From: Octopus sinensis
Lineage: Eukaryota
DNA: 64,000 bases
Reading direction: 5' to 3'
NCBI RefSeq assembly: GCF_006345805.1
Contig: NC_042997.1
Coordinates: forward strand, 93,868,001-93,932,000
Below, in pieces: positions 53,557-64,000 of the stretch. Position numbers and translations under genes: made by a program. The notes beneath the pieces were generated by a model that did no database searches, was not told the DNA's origin, and was given only the letters and a program-made list of their open reading frames with translations. Each line of letters starts with the position of its first letter. Positions within the stretch are counted from its first letter, which is position 1.

Positions 53557-56500
53557 ATCAATACTGACTGGCACTCCGTCGAGTACGACAACGAGTGTTC
53601 GAAATGATCCGATAAACGGAACAGCCTTCTCGTGAAATTAACGTGCTGAGCGTACCCTTAACATAGTTCTCAGGGAGATTCAGTGTAACACAGAGTGTGA
53701 TAAAGCTGGCCCTTTGAAATCCGGATACAGCACATTTTTGCCAGTCACTAATATGAATCAACATAAAACATATTGTTCTCAAATCTATTATCACTCCTTA
53801 GTTTTCTGGTTTGTAATTCAGCAAAAATATCAACCCATAATTTTGTTTCTGTAACAGTTTAAAAAAAATGTTCGTCGCCAGGTAACTTTTTGTGCAGTGA
53901 GAAGAAAATAACATCTCTTTAAATTAAAAAAAGAGAACTGCAATACCATTTCAACACATTTCTTAACGACCAGTTTTTTAAGTGTAAAAAGACTTATGTA
54001 TGCTTAGTTATTTCTTAAATATCGAAATATGGAAATTTTATAAAATATATTGAAGAAGAAATAATCAGCCTCTAGTATCATATTCTATTTTTATTTCAAG
54101 CTGTGTAAGGTAACATATTGGTTGAATCGTTAGAATGTCAGATAGAATGCCTTGTGATATTTGCTCTAGTTCTCTGCACTCGCAGTTCAAGTCCTACTTA
54201 GGTCAGATTTGCTTTTCGTCTGTTCAGGGTTGATAAGTAAAACACCTGCTCAATATAGGGCTTCGACTGCTTTATTTCTTTTTCAAAGTTGTCTGTAGTT
54301 AGACTTGTATAAGGAGTGGCTTCACTAAGTTTAAAATGTACCCTTACAACCCCTTCCCCCCTAAAATAACTCATATGTTATGATAGTACCCTTGGAACTC
54401 ACCGAGGAATTGCGGGCTCAAGGAGAGAAGGATTTAAAATGTGACCGTGATTGCGTGGGCTTAGTTTCCATTTTAGCCAATCCCGCCGAGCTGACGAAAA
54501 AGCAGGTCTCTTAACCTGCTAAAAGTAGTAGTTAATGATCCTTAAATCACATCTGACCACCTAAAATATATTTTACTCTGATATACATGTAAAAAAGATA
54601 GTGCAGTTGTATTGTTTCTTTTCATAGATCTTTTCGATGAAAGCTGATCTGGGTTTAAATTGCCACACACCTACATAAGTTCAAAATATTTCTTAATACC
54701 CCGGTTTCAATTCTCTCTTCCTCACGCTTATAAATTCATCTGCAGCTCTCCTAGCTGACAGCAATTGTTCGACTACTTCACGTTCAATATTGAGAGCTTC
54801 AGTTACAACTCATATCTATTCGCAGATTTTATCTTTAGTACCTTCAGTACACAATAACTCTTTATAGTTGCCGTTCTCTTCTTAATACAACTCTGCAAGC
54901 TTACCAAAGAACGAGCTTCTTTGTGATCACACTGTCTACAAGAAATAATAGCCAAATATTTATCAAATCAATGTCACCGTCTTTAAAAGTCAAAGAACTC
55001 ATTAGATAATGTAGTACAAGATATCCTTAAAAAGATAGGATTGTCACTGCTAACATACCTTTGCTCACAGTGGTTTTTAAATCAAGGTTTCTCTCGAGTT
55101 AAAAGACATTGAAAACAACGACAGCAATAACATAAATATCAAGAACATTGCTGGCGTAGATGCAGAAACTGTCTTCACTTTGTGCAGTTTGAAATAGTTA
55201 ATATCCTTATTTGTACTTCAGATCGACGTGCCGAATAACAAAGCAATTTTGAGTCCATTTCTGGACTTCTCAACCAGACGGTTATCGCGATCCCTGCGCT
55301 GAGCTTCCCGTCAAATCACAGCCAAATCAAAACACACCACTTTACATCTTCAAACTGAACAACAACTTTTGTATTTTGAACATTCTGGTTGGTATTGAAG
55401 TCTGATAACTGGTCGGAGCCCTGCATGACTTATGGCGACTACCCTTGAGAAAAAATATGCTTTAACTGAGATTCATCCAATAGTGCTAAAGTATGCTACA
55501 TTATCACATCTACTCAGTTAAAGTCCATAATAGAAGATGACTCACAGTCGACAGTCGGTTCACAAGCATCTGTACGTAAGTAAAGATTAGTGTCTACAAC
55601 TCATTGTTGAAATTACCAACGAACAAAGAACCTACAAAACGCACCCAGGAAATTAAGGGATGTCTTCCTGCATCCCACATTTGCAATCTTTTGTTTCACA
55701 AATTGTAACTAGATCTATGGTAACCCTCTCACCTCAAAAATTGCAGCTGTATCTAAAGGAGTAATTCTGTTAAACCTGTCGACCACTTGCACTATGTTCT
55801 TCATTTCAACATCTCATAAGTTATGGGAACAGCAGTAAAAAAATAAAACACTTATAATTTCGTCGCCGCGTTGTCACCCTTGTCATAATCATATAATTAA
55901 TCCTACCGCTTTTGTCCAGTGATTTCTAATACAGCGTTTACTGGATTTCTAAACTACATTTTGCAAGTCGAAATTCTATTTTGAACCTCACATTTTCCTT
56001 ATTGTATATTGGCACAGTACTTCTCGTAAGAAAAGAGCAAACCCATCTCTAAAGCAGCCTGTAAATATTGAAAAGTAACAGACTACTTAAGTCAACATGT
56101 GCTATCCCGAAACAGAAACTCGTGTTTGCAGCTGTCCACCTGTTCCTAACAAAAATGAAAAAGAAACAGATTCTATTTTCCTTTATGTTATACTAATTCT
56201 TGAGAATTCTTGAGTCATGAAATCATTTACCTTTTCTTCTTAGAATTGGATCCAATTGCTGCCAGGGATTTTTTTTTACTGTATATCGAAACGAAGATAA
56301 TTTCAATATATCAGGAATTTTTCTTGTATGGTATTTGTTATACCTTTATTCGTGTTGGTTAATATAATTATGACAGTTTTACACATTTCAAACTTGTTCA
56401 ACAACAAAGCGGAAAAAGTATTTTGTGAAAGCAAACTTTTTGGTCTTTTCATTAATAAAGAGTGGGGAGGACAAAATTTCCCTATTTTTCTTTGGGTTGG

Positions 56501-57157
56501 TATTTGTAATTTTGAGAACCACGGCCAAAGTAAACTACTTGTTGTTAAGTTTAACCACATACACTCACTCCTTTACAGATGCTATCACCTATCACTCCTC
56601 CTTAACCAACCGGACCGACACAAATATCATGCACACACAACCAAGGTACTTTCCGTTAGACATGCACTGATTTCACGAGAAGCTTCCAAGCTTTGGCTGG
56701 GGATCGATAGAGTTACCGGAAAAAAAAACACCTTGTGGTGGTTTGGCAGGGTTTTTAACGTTCTGAGTTCAGTCCCAGCCGAAGATAGTTTAGTCTTTCA
56801 TCGTTCTGGGATCGATGAAATAAATATTAGTCTAGTAGTGGGATCGATATCATTGGTTATTCTATAAAGCCAACAATTGTTGTCTTTTGACTAAATTCCA
56901 AATCGTTATTCAATATAAAAGAAGTAGCAGAAACATTATATTGTAGAACTTAGTGCCTCGCAGTATTTAGTTCTGTTTTTCCTTTCAAGTTCTGAATTCA
57001 AAACCCACCAAGGTCGATTTTGCCTTTCGTCGTTTTCGGGTCAATAAATAAGCAGCGGTCATGTAGTGCGGTCAAGAAAATCGGCAGCTTCCGTTTCCCC
57101 AAATTTGAGATCATATGCTAGAATTAGAAATCCATGGTTATTCAATACAATCAAACT

Positions 57158-57159
<2 letters not shown>

Positions 57160-57188
<29 letters not shown>

Positions 57189-57297
57189 TATCTTCTTCTT
57201 CTTCTTCTTCTTCTTCTTCTTCTTCTTCTTCTTCTTCTTCTTCTTCTTCTTCTTCTTCTTCTTCTTCTTCTTCTTCTTCTTCTTCTTCTTCTTCTTC
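57160..57297. repeat. (CAT)n-(CTT)n microsatellite
   Basis: Direct read. Source of the poly-K/E/S/L ORFs. Confidence 0.95.
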
Positions 57298-58120
57298 AGT
57301 AAACAACAGTACAGAACAGATGAAAATATCCATACTGATGCACATGGACTGTTCACACATACACATATATGTAACATAAGTATTCGTATATCTATTTCTG
57401 AAAATACAGACCTACCTAACTACCCTGTATTGTTCAACGTTGTTGTCGACGCTACATTTCACTCAACATTTCTCTCCTAAAGGTGGCGCCTGCGTATATG
57501 GATATTAATAACAAAGTGACTCTGGTTCAATCTCTCCCTGTCTCACTTCAAAAACATATATTCTTCCTCAATCTATTTTCAACTTCGTCTTAGCAACATC
57601 TATTCGACCATATCTCTTCCAGCATCGACGAAATCTATCTCACTTCCCTCCTCTCCGACGTCATTGCACTTGGTGACTTTAACGCTCAGAACTCATGTTG
57701 CCTTTCACAGTTATCTCAGACCAAAGCCACCGGTGCAGGTCTCAAATCTTTCGCAGTTTAAATTCTCTATGCCAAAACTTCCATCCCCTACACGCAAGCA
57801 TAACCGATGCTCAGACGCTCACACAACGTTGGTAGCATTCTTACCTCCGTAATTAACAACTATCATACTATCATCATCACATCCCCTGCCAGGTCGTCTA
57901 ATTACTGTACGTCATCGCGAGAACCCAACACAATACGCGTTATTAGGATTTATGGCACATGCAATTACAGGTCCGCGATTCCTACGCCGTCTGTGGTAAC
58001 ACAAATGGTTCAATCATAAACAGGTAAGGAGGTGACTCAAATGCTTTCAGAAAACCTCTAATTCTATAAATTGATTGGCATTTGCGAGCACTGCAACTCC
58101 TACTACATTTTCTCTGTTTC

Positions 58121-58153
<33 letters not shown>

Positions 58154-58207
58154 CATCCATCCATCCATCTATCCATCCATACTCACACAGCAAACACACA
58201 CATATGC

Positions 58208-58266
<59 letters not shown>

Positions 58267-58363
58267 TATATGCATACATATACACACACATATATATTAA
58301 TATAATGTATGTATATACATATATATGTGTATATATGTGTGTATATATGTATGCATATATATA

Positions 58364-58776
58364 GTTGTCGCCGAGAATTAGATTTCCTTCACAAATACTT
58401 ATACTTTTTCCAGCGTCCACTGTCACTGATATTGAAAAAGTGAAATCAAACAATGATAAATATCAAAGTGAGTTATATACAGTAGCGGTAACACATCGTG
58501 ACGTATTTTTGCCATTTCAATATGGCTAACCCCTAAGGGTGGATGCTACTGTAGTTTTTAGCCCCAGGAGGACACAGACGGGAAGGATGACTTCCCTTTG
58601 CAAATACTGACAGGACACAGATAGTGTGTCTATGGCCAGCTGGAGGAGTGTGTCCCCCTGGGGCTAAAAACTACAGTAGCATCCACCCTTAGGGGTTAGC
58701 CATATTGAAATGGCAAAAATACGTCACGATGTGTTACCGCTACTGTATATAACTCACTTTGATATTTATCATTGTT
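58364..58776. mobile_element. Foldback element of the 17241/1038 family, inserted in a TA microsatellite
   Basis: Arms 58449-~58575 and ~58645-58776. The spacer equals single-copy family sequence. 85-bp unpaired left extension. Confidence 0.8.
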
Positions 58777-58818
58777 ATGTATATACATATATATGTATAT
58801 ACATACATACATATGAAT

Positions 58819-58867
<49 letters not shown>

Positions 58868-60298
58868 CATACATATATATACATATATATATATATATGT
58901 AATAACATATTCATTTTGGTATTTGCCTTGTGATTTTTTAAGTTTTCTAATATTGCATAGTGTATATGTATATCTTGGTTAGATACCTAGCTCTAGATAA
59001 TGTAATGCTATTGTGTAATATGTAATATATGAGAGCCTTTTATGAGTTTGGTTTGTTTAGGTTGAGAATCTAGGTTTTTTGTATGTGTTTATTTGGCAGG
59101 TTTATATTGTATATTTGGTCTTTCTTTGTACTCACCTTAATTTGTATCTTATGCTATTTACTAATAAACCTTTTCATTTACAAACATTTGGCTTTATAAA
59201 TATTACCAGCCTTATATATTTAGTTTATATCTATAGTCTTCTGGATCTGTACTTTAAATTATCCTTCCATACATGTTTACTTTCATCAATATAATATATA
59301 TATTCACTTTATTTTTTATTTTATTGTAATGGTATCTATCTCTGCATTTATTCTTCTAATTATTTATTTATTTGCTTATTTAAGTGTAGATTTATACATA
59401 CATATCAAGTCATCTAATTTGTTATCTATTTATTTTTTACTTATTTACTTATACAAGTGTAGTTTTATACATACATATCTATCATTTATTTTTATTTTAA
59501 TAATATATGAATACATATATACTGGTTTGTACTTATAATATGTGTGTAACCGTAATTATTCCTTCTTATTTATTTTATCACATTTTATCTTAAGTATTTA
59601 TATATATAAATTTTTAAAATTTCTGTGATGTTCTTATATACGATTGCATTAGTACTTCCCCATGTTGATATTATTTAATGCCTAATCTGGTATATTATGG
59701 CATTGAATTTATTAAGTAAAAAGAGATATATTTATAATATATAAATTAATATATATTTATAACTTAGCGTACTTGGAATCATAACAAACTTACGGTAAAT
59801 CTAATAACCGGTATGTTTACTATGCAACAAACCGGTGTTATAAATTTTAAGTTACCCAATGAAATAGTATCTGACATCGTAACATAATGATATTTAAAAA
59901 TATATATATCTTTAAAATAAATATTTTATGGAAATGCATGAGTGGATCTTTTTTGTTATTTGAGGCATAGTTATAATTTTGAAGGACTAAATGGCAGCAT
60001 AGTTGCTCCCCTATTTGTTTATCTATGTGCTAGTTGTTGCTTGTGGTTATGTATGTGTATAAGTGTATGTGTGTGTGTATACATATAATTATGTATGTAT
60101 GTGCGATTGATCTGTTGATGCGCGTGTGAATATTGGCGTTCCTTGACTAACTAACCGTAAAATTTCTTTTGTGATTTAAATTTCAAACTACTAGCCAATC
60201 GAATTAATCTAAATAATCATTACCTAGTGGTCAGAACTTCTAAACTCATAGTTATTTCGATCTTGAAAGGATGGACTTGGTGCAAACTTAACTGTATC

Positions 60299-60330
<32 letters not shown>

Positions 60331-60659
60331 TAATAGTAATTTTTATTGACTTTTATAGCTTTATAATTTTATGAACTGAACCATGGTCTTAATTATTATT
60401 TTTCATCTCCCTATGTGTTAGTTTTTTAAAACTATTAGCCAAATATGTATAATAACTGTGCTTAGTAATATTAATATATACACTGATATATATTTTGTTT
60501 TATTTTGTTTGTTTACCTTGCATTATTGTACCAATGAGTATTATATTATACAAGTGTAGCATTATGAAGTTTATGCATAAGTTTTATATTTACATTTTTA
60601 TATTTTATATTTATATGTATATGGAAAAATAATTTTTTCACAATTATAACAAATTTAAT

Positions 60660-60768
60660 TCTCTGAAGAGGCCGTGGGGCATCATGTTAATGCCTCATTT
60701 ATACCTGCCTTTATGGCTTATAGGTTAAATGAGGTATGACTGCCCTTGCTGCCGAAACAGCTGTCAGA
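60660..60768 (+). ncRNA. Type I hammerhead ribozyme with long hairpin stem II
   Basis: tct-CTGAAGA-ggc...(gggca/tgccc, cctcattta/taaatgagg)...gcc-GAAAC-AGCT-GTC-aga. ACAGCTGT palindrome. Stem I is only 3 bp. Confidence 0.75.
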
Positions 60769-60949
60769 TATGATTTAATTACATTTATATTTGAAATTTT
60801 ATACTTATATCTCTTTGTCTATTTACATTTACTGTATATTTTGTATAATGCCTTTACTGATATGTAATGGTGTAATAAAGTATTGATTGGGTATCATCTG
60901 ATAGTTGATGTTTTATTGATTTAAGTATGTTTCTCCATTTTTAATTTTG

Positions 60950-61018
<69 letters not shown>

Positions 61019-61297
61019 CGGGAAGCTTTATGAAAATAGACAAAAGACGAAGGCAGGTGGAAAACAAACGAACAATTGTATATATATATATATACATATA
61101 TGCATACATATCCTGGTAAATTTGAAACGTTTATATTAATTTAGCATTAGAATTCTTCAAGTTGTATAAAAATAGTTATTGCCTGCATCATTCGAAAGAG
61201 AAATAAATTCTGCGTAAGGTGTAAAAGATAACAAAAATTTGTATGGTGTTAGTAAGAAATAGAACTTTTATCATCGGTCTTAAAATAATTTTTGCCA

Positions 61298-61338
<41 letters not shown>

Positions 61339-61383
61339 CACACACACAACACACACAGTCTTGCGGTTTGCATCTCGAGGACC

Positions 61384-61461
61384 GAATGTACTGATGAAGT
61401 CACGGACACTTGAATTATGCAAGTAATTCTTTTGTTAAGACCGAAACCGAGGTATGCATTT
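61384..61461 (+). ncRNA. Type I hammerhead ribozyme
   Basis: gaatgta-CTGATGA-agtc...gacc-GAAAC-C-GA-G-GTA-tgcattt. 7-bp stem I (2 G.U pairs), ACC/GGT stem III, GUA site at 61454, A.C at the base of stem II. Confidence 0.8.
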
Positions 61462-61739
61462 AAGTCTGTTATTTATATAATTTTTCATATGTCCTGCCCG
61501 CCAAAGCTGGTTCTGGTGTTCGCTGAATTCTTCCTCTAGAGAATTTCCCTTGTAGTTTGATCGTTGATGATCTTTTTCTAGCATTCTGGCCGGCTACCTA
61601 GCAGGCCAGCCCTGCCAATATACACATATATTTGAATTTTCTCTGACTCCTCAGATTTTTTGAATGCTGGACTACTGGTTTTAAATTGATATTAAAATTA
61701 ATATTAATTTATCTCCCTCAATTTTTAAATATTTAAATT

Positions 61740-61870
61740 TTATATATATACATACGCACATATACACATATATATATACAAATAGATAAGTATATATACA
61801 TATATACATACATATTTATATATATATATACACATATATATACATACGTACACATATATACATATAATAT

Positions 61871-61942
<72 letters not shown>

Positions 61943-62393
61943 GTATATATATATATATGTATATATATATATTACATATATATACATATTATAAAAAGGG
62001 TAGGTGGCATACGAGTGGGAATATATTTATAAAAAAGAAGTTTGAAAACGACACTATATAAGATAAATTTTAATTTTCTGAGAGATTTTACGTTTCGGCT
62101 ATTCTTGAAAAAACGAACCTTATCAAAAATATCTTTCAAAGTGAAGTGTAAAAAAAAGTTCATAATTGTTTCTTACTAGTCTCAACAGAGACCACGTGGT
62201 GGTGTTTTGTGGTGGTGGTGGGGATATCTTAATGGCAGTCTTGTGCATTGACTAGAATCGTTGGCTGTAACAGGGAAAATGATCGTTGGTCGTAATAGCA
62301 GTACTACTGCTATTACGGCCACGGTCACATATATACATATATATACATATGATATATATATAGATAATATATATATATATATAGATATATATA

Positions 62394-62424
<31 letters not shown>

Positions 62425-62492
62425 ATAATATAGTATACAATATATATAAACATACATATATATATATATATACATATATACATATATATATA

Positions 62493-62523
<31 letters not shown>

Positions 62524-62808
62524 CAATATATATACATATATAGATACATATATACATATACATATATATATATATATACATATAATATATATATACTCAT
62601 ATATATACATATATATACACATACATATATATACATACATATAATATATATACATATATACATACATAGATATATACATATACATACATATATATATATA
62701 GACATATATATATATATACATTAATATAAAAAGATGTATATCTATATATATACGTATATATATACATATATATATATATATTTGCATATATATACATATG
62801 TATATACG

Positions 62809-62844
<36 letters not shown>

Positions 62845-62990
62845 CATATACATACATATATATATATATATATACATACATATTGATATACATATATATA
62901 TATATATGTACATCTATTTATCTAATATATACATATATGTTTATATACACACATACACACCTATGCATATATGCATATAACTACCTACCG
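61740..62990. repeat. Large TA-derived cryptic microsatellite tracts
   Basis: Direct read, 61740-61990 and 62325-62990. Confidence 0.9.
62083..62134 (-). ncRNA. Degenerate hammerhead ribozyme
   Basis: attt-TTGATAA-ggtt...agcc-GAAAC-GTA-aaat. Two core substitutions (C3U, G8A). Confidence 0.45.
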
Positions 62991-64000
62991 ACTTACATAC
63001 ATACGTATGTAGCGGTGAGTAAAATTTTAATTTCCTGGTACGAACGATTTAACTTTCAAGTCTGTCTGGACTTTCAACACGGACGTAATCATAACTCAGG
63101 AAACTACTATTTCTACATAAAGAAGCATACATAATATCTCTGGTGCAATAACACTTTGAACATAAAACATGAAACACATTTAAATCCACCCTCAACACAC
63201 AATACACACACGTTCTGACACATGCGCTCATACATGCGTATTATCATACCACGTACATATATATCTTTTTAAATGTTATATACTAGAGACTAAAGGCATA
63301 GACTGGAGTGTATGCACACTCACACACAAAAGTATCGCATACATTAATATGATTATGCTGAAATATTCGCCCTCACTAACTAACTGATGAACTCTTTTCA
63401 CTGGAATTTGTTCCGGTTGTTTACGTTCTCTGTTCAAATTCTTCTTTTGGAAACGATAAAATACAATACCAATCAAGGACCGATATAATCCATTGAACAC
63501 ACTTATCCAAACCTTAGAAACGGTTACTAAATTATTGTTCGGATTCTGTCAATAACCCCACCTCTCTCTTTGTTTCAGGCACACATAACCATACCTATTT
63601 TCATATAAATACATATATGCTTGACTGCATTCACAAGAACACTTAACAAGAAACGTAGCTGCTGTTTCTAACAGATTAGAGCACCATTTTTCAATCTTTT
63701 TTCGATCTACAGTGCACTGAATAGAGTGCTAAATGTGTTACAGAAAAGCACTATCAGTTTTATAAAAATTTTATCATCAAAAGGGAATATTTAAATCGAA
63801 GATGGGCGTATACGTTGTACTTTTTTGGCAACAATTCTACATAAAGCTGGTTCATTGCATTAAAAACATTACTCACGTTTCCTAAATTTCCTGGACTATT
63901 CCGACACGCTTCAAAAAATTCATGGCACACAAGAAGTCAATACTTAGAATAGTTGTTGAAAACGTCTGGTGCAGAGGTTTTTTTTTTATCCCGAATAAAT

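Noticed and set aside
56328-56867. 179-aa non-repetitive ORF
   Set aside because: Its 3' third is a SINE read-through; no recognisable domain or splice structure.

Overview
AT-rich, repeat-saturated eukaryotic genomic DNA. From my recollection of the SINE families and the microsatellite load it is most likely an octopus/coleoid cephalopod (inference, not searched). No intact protein-coding gene is visible. Nearly all ORF-track entries are microsatellite translations or decayed transposon frames. Recognisable content: two decayed mariner transposons, three Tx1/L1-clade LINE remnants (one near full length), several RTE LINE fragments, several MITEs, and more than 25 tRNA-derived SINE copies from at least three families. 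The most notable signal is about nine type-I hammerhead-ribozyme (HHR) motifs with tiny or palindromic stem III. Several lie in small non-coding elements that share one architecture: an asymmetric inverted duplication, an unpaired terminal extension and, in three cases, a 10-bp target-site duplication (TSD). One element has a tRNA-like Pol III head fused to an HHR tail, a candidate ribozyme-bearing SINE mobilised by Penelope-like elements (PLE). Another shows terminal redundancy consistent with a circular or multimeric retrozyme-like RNA template. Secondary findings: a SINE tail matching the 3' end of the local Tx1 LINE, recurrent SINE-into-SINE junctions at one position, and a 100-bp templated capture inside a hAT MITE. 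All structures were read by eye and none was computed.
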